Shown here: in pieces, positions 55,007 to 63,670 of the stretch
How positions within the stretch are numbered: the stretch's first letter is position 1
How the letters are laid out: each line of letters opens with the position of its first letter
The notes under the pieces: model-generated
The model's database searches: none
What the model saw: the letters and a program-made list of their open reading frames with translations, nothing else
Told to the model about the DNA's origin: nothing
Assembly: GCA_001774495.1 (NCBI GenBank)
Contig: MFAE01000006.1
Coordinates: forward strand, 69,356-133,355
DNA: 64,000 nucleotides
Reading direction: 5' to 3'
Source: Candidatus Campbellbacteria bacterium RIFOXYC2_FULL_35_25
Lineage (GTDB): Bacteria > Patescibacteriota > Minisyncoccia > Phycocordibacterales > UBA12079
Position numbers and translations under genes: made by a program

Positions 55007-55282
55007 ATGAATAAACAAGCAATAGTAGAAGTATTAAGCGAAAAATTAGGAACAACAAAAGCTGAAGCAGAAAGAGCTGTTGAAACAGTATTTGATACAA
55101 TCGCAGGTTCTTTAATAAAAGGAGAGGATGTATCGGTTGCGGGATTCGGAATTTTTTCAGCAAAAATGAGAGCAGCTAGAACAGCTAGAAACCCAAGAAC
55201 AGGTGAGGCTATCCAAGTTGCAGCAATGAAAGTACCTAAATTTAAAGCTGGCAAAGCTTTGAAGGATGCAGTAAGAGGTTAA
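55007..55282 (+). CDS. hup: DNA-binding protein HU
   Basis: MNKQAIVE...GFGIFSAKMRAARTARNPRTGEAIQVAAMKVPKFKAGKALKDAV. Terminator at 55290-55335. Confidence 0.88.
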   Translation: MNKQAIVEVLSEKLGTTKAEAERAVETVFDTIAGSLIKGEDVSVAGFGIFSAKMRAARTARNPRTGEAIQVAAMKVPKFKAGKALKDAVRG

Positions 55283-55372
55283 TCTTTTTACAAAAAAAAC
55301 AAAAACCGCTATCAAAATTTGATAGCGGTTTTTGTTTTTTTAAAGCCCTACCAATCTCGCGATTAGCAGGGC

Positions 55373-55780
55373 TTAATGGGAAAATATTCCCAAACGTTCT
55401 ATCTTCATTTGCAGGATCTCCCCTTCCTTCAAGTCAAAAGTATTTCCTGTAAAATACAGGATCACTTTGGATGAAATTTTTTTAGGAGAAACTACTCTTG
55501 GATCAGCAGAATAGACAAAAGTTCCGAGCCCATCCTTTAAAACCCAAACAAAAATTCCTTGGGGCCGGGTGTCTAAAAAAATACTGATAAATAGACACTT
55601 CCCTTTCTTCAAAGTAAAAAGATTCTGAAACGAGTTGGTAACAACACTAAACCTGCTGAGATCACCGCCAACCCAACACCCTTTTTGTTTTACTGGTTTT
55701 TCTGAGAAAATTAATATTTTGTCGGAACGTTTTTTCCTCTCCCTAGCCACCCAAAAACATCTTTTTTTTTCTCTATTCAT
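55373..55780 (-). CDS. hypothetical protein (weak PilZ-like features)
   Basis: N-terminal R-rich segment and DLSRFSV; domain assignment uncertain. Confidence 0.25.
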   Translation of the reverse strand: MNREKKRCFWVARERKKRSDKILIFSEKPVKQKGCWVGGDLSRFSVVTNSFQNLFTLKKGKCLFISIFLDTRPQGIFVWVLKDGLGTFVYSADPRVVSPKKISSKVILYFTGNTFDLKEGEILQMKIERLGIFSH

Positions 55781-56019
55781 AGGAAAGACTCCTTATGTTT
55801 TTTATTGTCTGCTAGAACACCTACAAAAACAGTAGCATAAATTTAAACACTTTGTAAATAAAGGTTATTAGGTTTATTTAAAGTTGAAAAACAACCAAAA
55901 ATAAATTATACTTAGCTCAGTTTTTAGTTGATAGTGAGTAGTTTGTAGTAATGAATTTTTGCGAAGCAAAAATTCATTTATCTAAAAACTAAAAACTATC
56001 GACTAAAAACTTAAAAATC

Positions 56020-56090
56020 GCGGGTATAGTTTAGTGGTATGACACGTCCTTGCCAAGGATGAGACGGGAGTCCGATTCTCCCTACCCGCA
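56020..56090 (+). tRNA. tRNA-Gly (GCC)
   Basis: Manual fold: acceptor GCGGGTA/TACCCGC, anticodon stem CGTCC/GGATG with loop TTGCCAA, T-arm GGGAG-TCCGATT-CTCCC. Confidence 0.75.
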
Positions 56091-56440
56091 CAAAAATGTA
56101 AAACCGGAGCGACTAGCTCCGGTTTTACATTTTTGTGCGGGTAGGGAGAATCGGAAGACGGAGGCGGTATACAAGATAAATTTTATGGAGCGTAGCGAAA
56201 TAAAATTTAGGCTTGTCGCCGAGTCCGGGGAGGAAGTTCTTAACAAAAATGAGTCCATAGGACGAAATTTTTGTTTAGAAACTTGACCCCGATTCTACCT
56301 GCGTACTTTTCGTGGAGAATCGGAAGGCGGAGTCATGTTTTGCGAAGCAAAACAGACGAGCCGGGGCCGAAGGTTCTTAATATTTTAAAGCCCATAGGGC
56401 GAATAAAATATTTAGAAACCTGTGGACGATTCTCCCCACC
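56091..56440 (+). repeat. tRNA 3'-flank module copy f (plus orientation), extended form
   Basis: 26-bp palindrome including the tRNA 3' end, two GAGAATCGGAAG(A/G)CGGAG units, CTGCGTACTTTTCGTGGAGAATCG and the hairpin GTTTTGCGAAGCAAAAC. Ends in GACGATTCTCCCCACC, similar to the tRNA 3' end. Confidence 0.65.
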
Positions 56441-56486
56441 AAAGCGAATAGCTCTTTTTTTGTTTTCTATTTCTTGTTCCTCCCAA

Positions 56487-57533
56487 CTAAGAAACATTTT
56501 TCATATAAACAGTCCTTGTTGGATACGCCATATCAATCCCCTCTTTCTCAAACTTCTCAACTATCTCGAAATTAATTTCCTGCTGAACGTCCATATAAAG
56601 AGTATAGTCACCGGAGTCAACAAAATAAATCACTTCATAAGTAAGAGCTGAATCATCAAATTTGTTAAAATGAGCCCTATCAAAGCGAACTCCCTCCAAA
56701 GACCCAACTATAGCCGTAATGTAGCTAGGAATAGCTCTCAGCTTGTCTGAGGGTGTTTCATAAGTAACACCAAACGTAAACGAACACCTCCTTTCTTGCA
56801 TCTTTTTAAAATTCTGAATTCTAGCCGAAGTTAACTCTTGATTAGAAATTACCAACTCTTCACCTTGAAGAGTTTTCAAACGAGAAGTTTTAATACCAAT
56901 CTTTTCAACAACCCCCTTGTCTGTACCAATCACAATAAAATCTCCCACCTTGAAAGGCTTATCAAAATAAATAGCAAAGGAGCTAAACAAATCAGCCAAA
57001 ATATTTTGCAAAGCAAAAGCAATAGCGATACCCCCCACACCAAGCCCAGCAACTAAAGAAGTAATATTTACACCAAGGTTAGAAAGTATGAGCAACAACC
57101 CCAATACCCATAAAATAAATTTTGCTATTTTGCTAATACTGTTAATTGCTGTTCTAGAATCACTATCACCATCTTTGTTTTTAAGACTCTTTTCTAAAAC
57201 ATAATCAATGAAAATTTGAACCACAAGAATAACTTGATACACAATCAAAAATAATAGAATACCCTCTGAAATCTTTTTAAATAAATCACTAACGACAATA
57301 GAATATGTGGCTAAATAAAAAGCGAGAAAATAATAAAAAGAGGGTTTCAAACTTTTAATAATTCCTATCAAAGTATCGTCTATATCTGTTTTGGTTTTTT
57401 TAGCTAATTTTTCTAATCTTCTTAGTATAAAAAATTGAAATATTCTGAAAGCAAAAAAAAGCACAAGGAAAATCCCCAGTGCGTAGCTGTAATCTAATAA
57501 AGTATTTCCTAGTATAATAGTTTCTGAATTCAT
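56487..57533 (-). CDS. mscS: small-conductance mechanosensitive channel (MscS family)
   Basis: Three-plus TM segments and the MscS beta-domain (FKVGDFIVIGTDKGVVEKIGIKTSRLKTLQGEELVISN). Confidence 0.8.
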   Translation of the reverse strand: MNSETIILGNTLLDYSYALGIFLVLFFAFRIFQFFILRRLEKLAKKTKTDIDDTLIGIIKSLKPSFYYFLAFYLATYSIVVSDLFKKISEGILLFLIVYQVILVVQIFIDYVLEKSLKNKDGDSDSRTAINSISKIAKFILWVLGLLLILSNLGVNITSLVAGLGVGGIAIAFALQNILADLFSSFAIYFDKPFKVGDFIVIGTDKGVVEKIGIKTSRLKTLQGEELVISNQELTSARIQNFKKMQERRCSFTFGVTYETPSDKLRAIPSYITAIVGSLEGVRFDRAHFNKFDDSALTYEVIYFVDSGDYTLYMDVQQEINFEIVEKFEKEGIDMAYPTRTVYMKNVS

Positions 57534-57634
57534 ATTTTTATTTTTTTAACTTACTTTTCATAGGTTATCATAAAATAAAAATTATGGTAAATTTCCGAAA
57601 AGCTGTTATAATACAATCTGTAATTTTATAATAT

Positions 57635-57707
57635 CGGAGTGTAGTGTAACGGCTAACATTCTCGCTTTGGGAGCGAGCGACTCCGGGTTCGAATCCCGGC
57701 ACTCCGA
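57635..57707 (+). tRNA. tRNA-Pro (TGG), C1:G72
   Basis: Manual fold: acceptor CGGAGTG/CACTCCG, D-stem GTGT/ACAT, anticodon stem CTCGC/GCGAG with loop TTTGGGA, T-arm CCGGG-TTCGAAT-CCCGG. Confidence 0.8.
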
Positions 57708-57887
57708 CAAAAAGAGAAAGGGCACCAATTATTTGGTGTTTTTTCTTTTTTTTAGGAGTGCCGGGATTCGAACGGAACTTTTGCGCCAATGGTCTGAGCA
57801 AAAGTCCGTGGCTCTGGAGGAAAATATTTTCTATATCGCTCTGCGATTGAAAATATTTGGGGGAAGAGGAATCCCGGCACTCCGACA
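57708..57887 (+). repeat. tRNA 3'-flank module copy g (short form)
   Basis: Terminator hairpin, the inverted T-arm fragment GGGATTCGAACGG, and a terminal 18-nt direct repeat of the tRNA-Pro 3' end (aatcccggcactccgaca). Confidence 0.7.
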
Positions 57888-57904
57888 ATCTTTGATTATA
57901 AAAG

Positions 57905-58115
57905 ACACACTATAAACCCCCACACCTTTTATTACTTTATTATCCACAAAATCATCTTCATAAAAATAATTAGCAAGATTATCTCATAAAGGACAACAAA
58001 AGGTGTGGGGGTAAAGGACATTTCTATAAACCCCCACACCTTTCATTTTACTGTCCTTTAAACTCTCCTACTCTAAAATAAAAAGTGGGGGGTTAAAGAC
58101 ACCTTTTATTATAAA
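57905..58115. repeat. G-rich iteron cluster (ACCCCCACACCTTT in direct and inverted copies)
   Basis: ctataaacccccacacctttt at 57910-57932 and 58024-58046. Inverted aaaaggtgtgggggtaaagg at 57989-58008 and gtggggggtt at 58085-58094. Confidence 0.75.
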
Positions 58116-58663
58116 ACAACATCTTCTATATATTTCACTCTGGCTAACTTATTTTTTGTATCTAAATAAACAATTGCAACATCAAACTGCCATTCTTTTT
58201 CTTCATTGGTGTTATTCTCCATCAAATAAGTCTGGATTACCTTTGATAATCTCTTTAATTTCCACGGGTGTAGATTATCTTCGGCCTGGTATTGATCATT
58301 TTCTTCATTATTATTACTATTTCCATCAGTTATTGTTTCACGAATAACACTATTTTCACCCTTTTTTGTTTCACGAATAACATCTTTTTTACCATTCTTA
58401 GCCATATTTTGTGTTTCACGAATAACATCCTGCTGTTTACCCAACTCAAAATCAAACAAATCCCGAGAAACAGTCTTAACTTCTATGAAATGAATTATTT
58501 CTTTTCCTCGCCCGAACAGAGGTTTTGGGTTCTCAGCAATAATATCTATCTCCCCCCAAGGTTTCAAATAATTTATACCTATTATTTTAAATCCCTTATC
58601 TTGTAGATAGTTACACGTGACACCTTCTCCAAGATCACCTATTATTTGCTTCTGAGTTTTCAT
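58109..58663 (-). CDS. yraN: YraN/UPF0102-family endonuclease-like protein with internal (D)VIRET x3 repeat insertion
   Basis: GEIDIIA...EVK core; about 60 aa of inserted repeats (DVIRETQN / DVIRETKK / VIRETITD). Confidence 0.6.
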   Translation of the reverse strand: MKTQKQIIGDLGEGVTCNYLQDKGFKIIGINYLKPWGEIDIIAENPKPLFGRGKEIIHFIEVKTVSRDLFDFELGKQQDVIRETQNMAKNGKKDVIRETKKGENSVIRETITDGNSNNNEENDQYQAEDNLHPWKLKRLSKVIQTYLMENNTNEEKEWQFDVAIVYLDTKNKLARVKYIEDVVL

Positions 58664-59268
58664 TTTTTACTTTAGTGATTTTACAATTTAAAAAATAAAT
58701 AATATTAAATATAATAACATACCAAAAAATGTTTTAAACAACCACAAGTTAACTTAGTACAAAATTTTCTAATAAAAAGTGTCACGTGTAACTTAACCAA
58801 ACTCAACGAGAAATACAAAATTTTTAATAATTTTTAATCAAAAATTAAAGAAAAAATACCAAAAACATTTCACGTGAAACACCAAAAAGGTTTCTACGAA
58901 ACCTTTTTGGTGTTTTTATAAACTTTTTTCACGGAAAATACTGTCTTTAACTGTGTCTTTTTCCTAAATAAGCTTATTTTAAGCCCTATTTACAAGAAAA
59001 AAACTAATTCTAAAAGACAGAAATAGTCTGTTTTAATGGACAAGTTATCCTTTCTATACACAGAGTTATCCACAGTTTTGCACAAAATTAGCTATATTTT
59101 GGGTAAAAATATCTAAAATAATAGGGTGAATATCTATAAATAAGGGTTATTTAGGGTGGGGATAATCGATTGCAAGCCATTAATCACTTAGGCAGAGAAT
59201 CGGCCACAAATCGCCAAGTCTTTTGTTTACAAGAGAAAAGAATCAACCCCAGTTCTAAATTCAGATGT

Positions 59269-59517
59269 GCGGGTGGGGAGAATCGTCCCGCGATTACTAA
59301 GTAAATTTTTTCGTACCTCAAAATTTACAAAGTATCGCTGGACATATTTCTTTCGTTTCAGCTTTTTTTATTAAGGTTGAAATCGAAAGCTCGCTGTCTC
59401 GCTTCGCTCGGCATGCTCCGCTGTTCGATTCTCCACGAAAAGTACGCAGGTACTTTTCTCCACCTCGCACTAAAAACCAAAAAAGAACCTTGAAGAAAAG
59501 GTTCTTTTTTGGTTTTG
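59269..59517 (-). repeat. tRNA 3'-flank module copy c, downstream of tRNA-Gly(TCC)
   Basis: Palindrome including the tRNA 3' end, the hairpin GAAAAGTAC-CTGC-GTACTTTTC, and the conserved core. Ends in GGGACGATTCTCCCCACCCGCAC, a direct duplicate of the tRNA 3' 17 nt with one mismatch. Confidence 0.7.
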
Positions 59518-59588
59518 TGCGGGTGGAGAGAATCGAACTCTCGCCCCAACCTTGGAAGGGTCGTATTCTACCACTAAACCACACCCGC
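59518..59588 (-). tRNA. tRNA-Gly (TCC)
   Basis: Manual fold: acceptor GCGGGTG/CACCCGC, anticodon stem CGACC/GGTTG with loop CTTCCAA, T-arm GAGAG-TTCGATT-CTCTC. Confidence 0.8.
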
Positions 59589-59590
59589 AT

Positions 59591-60256
59591 TTATTTTTCA
59601 CCTAAGACAATTTTCATCCAATAGTTTATTCTACGGAACAAAAAAACACCTAACTCTTTCCTCCCATTACTCTTTACTGTTAAGTGTATGGTTCCATGAG
59701 GTAATTTGCCTCTTTTGGATTCTTTTTTCTTTCTTTTATCAACCTGAACTTTCCCAAACTGACTTATAGGTATTTTAGTGTATTTTGACCAAAAACTCAA
59801 GCATTCTTTCTTATTATTATCTGGATAAATATGCAACCCCACAGAAAAATTTTCTTTTTTTAGGCCACAAATAACTTCAAACCATTTAATTGACAAATTT
59901 ATTACTGCCGGATTTGCATTTATTACCCTTATAATATCATGACTTTTAGAACCTTCTCCTATATATAACCCTAATCCTAACATAAATAAATCCCTTTCAT
60001 TTATTTCCCCAATATCATCAATCGCGATTTCTTTTGCTTTCAAAAAAGTTTTCTTCTTTTCTTCTTTTTTGTACTCAATCATTTTTAGGCGAGATTCTTT
60101 TATTCTTATTTCTGTTTCTTGATTAGGGGTATAAGGAATATCAGACAACCAATAACTCAATGTTCCTTTTGCAATATTAAGTTGCTCTGAAATATAGCTA
60201 TATGAATAACCTTTTTTTCTTAGTTTTATAGACTCTTCTTTTTCTTCTTTTCTCAT
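59591..60256 (-). CDS. free-standing LAGLIDADG-family homing endonuclease-like protein with N-terminal HTH
   Basis: Single LGLGLYIGEGS motif and an N-terminal HTH-like GYSYSYISEQLNIAKGTLSYWL. The stop lies 2 nt from the tRNA-Gly 5' end. Confidence 0.55.
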   Translation of the reverse strand: MRKEEKEESIKLRKKGYSYSYISEQLNIAKGTLSYWLSDIPYTPNQETEIRIKESRLKMIEYKKEEKKKTFLKAKEIAIDDIGEINERDLFMLGLGLYIGEGSKSHDIIRVINANPAVINLSIKWFEVICGLKKENFSVGLHIYPDNNKKECLSFWSKYTKIPISQFGKVQVDKRKKKESKRGKLPHGTIHLTVKSNGRKELGVFLFRRINYWMKIVLGEK

Positions 60257-60384
60257 ATCATTTATATGATAACATACGATTATATAAAGTGCGAATATAA
60301 TTTATAGTTTAATAATTTAATATTAACACCAAATTTTAAAAATATTATGATACAATTTAAAAATTAAAAGTAATTTATATTAAC

Positions 60385-60663
60385 ATGGAAAATAAGCAAA
60401 TGTTCAAAGGGGACTGGAAGTGTAGTGGCTGTGGTAAATCTATAACAGAACTACCTTTTGAGCCTAAAAATACAAGCAATTTAACCTGTAGAGACTGTTA
60501 TTCTTCGGGCAAGGTTGTAAAAAAGCCCCTAGGAGAAAAGAAAATATTCCAAGGGAATTGGAAGTGCAATACCTGTGGAGGAGAGATAAACCAACTTCCT
60601 TTTGAACCAAAGAGTACGAACAATCTTACTTGCCGAGAATGTTATATGAAGACTAGGGGGTAG
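60385..60663 (+). CDS. double zinc-ribbon small protein
   Basis: Two repeats of WKCxxCG..I..LPFEPK.T.NLTCR(D/E)CY. Confidence 0.4.
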   Translation: MENKQMFKGDWKCSGCGKSITELPFEPKNTSNLTCRDCYSSGKVVKKPLGEKKIFQGNWKCNTCGGEINQLPFEPKSTNNLTCRECYMKTRG

Positions 60664-60810
60664 AGAAGAGCCCACAGCTTATAGTTTACAGCTCACAGCC
60701 GATAGCTGTAAACTAATTAAATAAATTTTAACCTAAAGACTCGGCCCTCCAAGTCACTAAGTATATCTTCGTGCTTCGCACTCCAAAAACTTAAGTGTCT
60801 GTAGAAGGAT

Positions 60811-61001
60811 TCGTCCCGCGGTTACTAAGTAAATTTTTTCGTGCCTCAAAATTTACAAAGTATCGCTGGACGCGGCGCGGCGACAAGCCTAAATTTTCCT
60901 TAGAAAATTTATCTTATATACCACCTTGCGCCGTTCGAATCCCTCTAAGGACTACAAAAATATACAAAACCAGAGCTATTCGCTCTGATTTTGTATTTTT
61001 G
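60811..61001 (-). repeat. tRNA 3'-flank module copy d, downstream of tRNA-Arg(TCG)
   Basis: Palindrome ggactacaaaaatatacaaaaccagagc/gctctgattttgtatttttgtgtcc including the tRNA 3' end, plus the conserved core ...GTCCAGCGATACTTTGTAAATTTTGAGGCACGAAAAAATTTACTTAGTAACCGCGGGACGAATCC. Confidence 0.7.
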
Positions 61002-61073
61002 TGTCCTTAGAGGGATTCGAACCCCCAACGACGGTTCCGAAGACCGTTGTGATATCCATTTCACCATAAGGAC
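61002..61073 (-). tRNA. tRNA-Arg (TCG)
   Basis: Manual fold: acceptor GTCCTTA/TAAGGAC, D-stem GTGA/TCAC, anticodon stem ACGGT/ACCGT with loop CTTCGGA, T-arm GGGGG-TTCGAAT-CCCTC. Confidence 0.75.
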
Positions 61074-61178
61074 GTATATCACAAATTGAATTATACATTA
61101 AAAAGTTCAAAAATCTATCAAAAACAAAAAGAGATGCATATGCACCTCTTTTTGTTTTTGTAATTATTTTGAATAAAT

Positions 61179-61559
61179 TTATTTTTTTTCTTCAAAAATT
61201 TTATTTATCTTCTCAACAATTTCGTCTAAATCAAGATAAGCTTTTATCCAAAAATCTTTTGCCCCCAAAGAAAAGGCTTTATCTTTATCTTCTTTTTGAC
61301 CAAGGTTACTTAAAATAACAACTGGGATAGCCTCGTTTGATTTGTCACTCTTAATCTTTTCAAGAATTTGAAAGCCATCAAGACCGGGTAACATAACATC
61401 CAAAAGGATAAGGTCTGGCTTTTCTTTTTCCAAGAGAGTAAAAACTCCAACAGAGTCGACAGCTACATTTAAAGCGAATCCATCATCTGTTAATTTTGAT
61501 CCGACTAATTGTCTTAAAAAGTCATCATCTTCTACCAATAAAACTTTTTTATTATTCAT
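61179..61559 (-). CDS. response regulator receiver protein (CheY-like, stand-alone)
   Basis: LLVEDDD, DLILLDVMLPGLDG and a conserved Lys region; 126 aa. Confidence 0.8.
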   Translation of the reverse strand: MNNKKVLLVEDDDFLRQLVGSKLTDDGFALNVAVDSVGVFTLLEKEKPDLILLDVMLPGLDGFQILEKIKSDKSNEAIPVVILSNLGQKEDKDKAFSLGAKDFWIKAYLDLDEIVEKINKIFEEKK

Positions 61560-61588
61560 GTTGTATATAATAATCAATAAAAACTAAT

Positions 61589-63385
61589 TTATCCAGCGAT
61601 TACTTCATCTTCTTTGTGGATAAAATTCTTGTTTAACGGCAAACCAAGGGTAAAAGTCGATCCTTCTCCCTCCTTTGAAACAAAATTAATGAAACCTTCG
61701 TGTTTGTCAACAACATTTTTTGCAATAAACAAACCTAAACCAGAACCAGAAGTTGATATTTTCATAACATTTTTGGCTCTAAAAAACTTCGTAAACATCC
61801 TATCTAGTTGGTTTTCTGGGATTCCTATCCCAGTGTCGGTTATTTCTATATTAACGTAATCATCTTTTTCAAATAACTTTATCGTAATAAAGCCATTAAC
61901 TGGAGTATATTTTATGGCGTTGTCTATAAGATTTTGAATGGCTAAAGATATCTTGTTTTCATCAAAAATAAAAGGCTTGAAACTTTTTGAATTTCTAAAA
62001 ATAATTTTTATTTTTTTCTCTTTTGCAACTATCTCTGAGTTAGAAATAATCGAAGAAATTAAGTCTTCAATATTATTCTTTTTAAATTCATAACCAAACC
62101 TGCCTTCCTCGATTCTGGCCACATTTAACAAATCACCAACGAGATTAATCATTCTGTTGTTTGTCTCAAGACTCTTATTTAGTAAGTCTCTTTGTTTATC
62201 ATCAATTTTCTTATCTTGTATCAAGGTTTGGAGTGCCCATTTTATTCCAGAAAGTGGGGTTCTAAGTTGATGAGCTGCTATTGAAATAAACTCACTCTTG
62301 CTCTTAGAAATAATTTTTTCTCTGGTTATATCCCTGATTATCTTAATGAAACCTATGTTCTTTTTACTCGGTAAATTCGAAAAGATAGGAACGGTGGAAA
62401 TATTAAGATCTCTCTCTATCGGATAATTGGTACTTATCTCTCTTGAGCTTTTTTCTTTCCCTAAATAATTCTTTATACCCTTACTTGGTTTAGGGCCAAT
62501 AACCTCTACCAAGGAAGCCAAAGTAGGGTCTTTCCCTTCAAAATTAATTTTTTTACCAACGACGGCTTTTCTCTCCACTCCCAAAAGAGCCTCAGCAGTT
62601 CTGTTTATTCTGACTAATTGATAATCATTATCAAATTCAAGAAGACCATTAGTCAAATTTTCAATGATAGTTTCTATGTGAAGCTTGGACTGATTTAATT
62701 CTCTTGTTTTCTCTTTTACCTGTTTTTCTAATTCTTTAGAATATTTTTCGGTTAATTTTCTTTTCTCGCTTTCCGCTGCAAAAACAGCTGTCATTTTTTC
62801 TTGCTCACTTTCCCTCCTTGTTTTTTCCAATTCCTCCAAGTCATCCATCATAAGGTTTAGCCCCACAAAAAGTTCGGTAAACTCATCTTCTTTAGAAGGA
62901 ACATTTACTCTAACATCTAAATTCCCTATTGATGTCTTTTGCAATACTGGAGTAAGTCTAGCCAACCTTTTGGCTGTGTTTAATTTGTAATTTTCCAATT
63001 CTTTCTCCGTTGTGATGTCCCTAAAGATTAAAACTCCTCCCAAACTATCACCCAAACCTATAGTTGATCCAATAGACTTAGCTGAAATAAAAACAGGAAA
63101 TATCCTACCCCCCCTTGATTTAAAAGAAACTACTTTTCCTGGTGGAGTATTAAAGGCTTTCCCTTCTTTAAAAATAACCTCTGTGATTGTATTTTTACCT
63201 ATCTTTGTTTTGTTAATGTAAATATCAACAACATTGCAAAGTTTTTTACCCAATAGCTCACCGCTAGTATAATCTAATAATAAAGTAGCGTGAGGATTAA
63301 CCAAGGTTATTAACCCATTTTTATCAAACAAAATAAGTCCTTCTGCAATAAAAGACAAAAGGGTTGAGATTTCCTTTTTTTTCAT
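61589..63385 (-). CDS. sensor histidine kinase with PAS domains
   Basis: H-box AAHQLRTPLSGI, an N/G1/G2 HATPase (DTGIGIPENQL, GSGLGLFIAKNVV) and N-terminal PAS-like regions. Confidence 0.85.
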   Translation of the reverse strand: MKKKEISTLLSFIAEGLILFDKNGLITLVNPHATLLLDYTSGELLGKKLCNVVDIYINKTKIGKNTITEVIFKEGKAFNTPPGKVVSFKSRGGRIFPVFISAKSIGSTIGLGDSLGGVLIFRDITTEKELENYKLNTAKRLARLTPVLQKTSIGNLDVRVNVPSKEDEFTELFVGLNLMMDDLEELEKTRRESEQEKMTAVFAAESEKRKLTEKYSKELEKQVKEKTRELNQSKLHIETIIENLTNGLLEFDNDYQLVRINRTAEALLGVERKAVVGKKINFEGKDPTLASLVEVIGPKPSKGIKNYLGKEKSSREISTNYPIERDLNISTVPIFSNLPSKKNIGFIKIIRDITREKIISKSKSEFISIAAHQLRTPLSGIKWALQTLIQDKKIDDKQRDLLNKSLETNNRMINLVGDLLNVARIEEGRFGYEFKKNNIEDLISSIISNSEIVAKEKKIKIIFRNSKSFKPFIFDENKISLAIQNLIDNAIKYTPVNGFITIKLFEKDDYVNIEITDTGIGIPENQLDRMFTKFFRAKNVMKISTSGSGLGLFIAKNVVDKHEGFINFVSKEGEGSTFTLGLPLNKNFIHKEDEVIAG

Positions 63386-63402
63386 AAATTAATTAAAAAA
63401 AA

Positions 63403-63636
63403 TTATTTTTTTACCTCATTCCCATTCTCATCCAAATAAATTCCTCTAAGTGCGAGGGCACATTTTTTCATAATATTTGGAGGAATAATAGGCAAATTAT
63501 GTTCAGCCGCTGCATGGACAGAAGCTTTCTTCATAATCTCTTCAAAATCTTTTCCTATAAACTCAACATCACAGTCAACCCCCACATCATGACATGTTAA
63601 CTTAAATGCTTCCTTTAACTCTTTGTTTTCACTCAT
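63403..63636 (-). CDS. DUF1059-family small metal-binding protein
   Basis: LTCHDVGVDCDVEF motif; 77 aa. Confidence 0.55.
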   Translation of the reverse strand: MSENKELKEAFKLTCHDVGVDCDVEFIGKDFEEIMKKASVHAAAEHNLPIIPPNIMKKCALALRGIYLDENGNEVKK

Positions 63637-63670
63637 ATTTTTATTTTATTAATTACTAATTGTTAATAAT

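Noticed and set aside
54958-55254. 98-aa and 63-aa minus-strand ORFs
   Set aside because: They are antisense shadows of the clearly identifiable HU gene on the plus strand.
57905-58115. CRISPR array
   Set aside because: Repeats occur in mixed orientation with irregular spacing and no unique spacers of uniform length. No cas genes are present nearby. The 7-mer and 8-mer arrays at 3775-3905 and 29121-29182 are likewise simple tandem repeats, not CRISPR.
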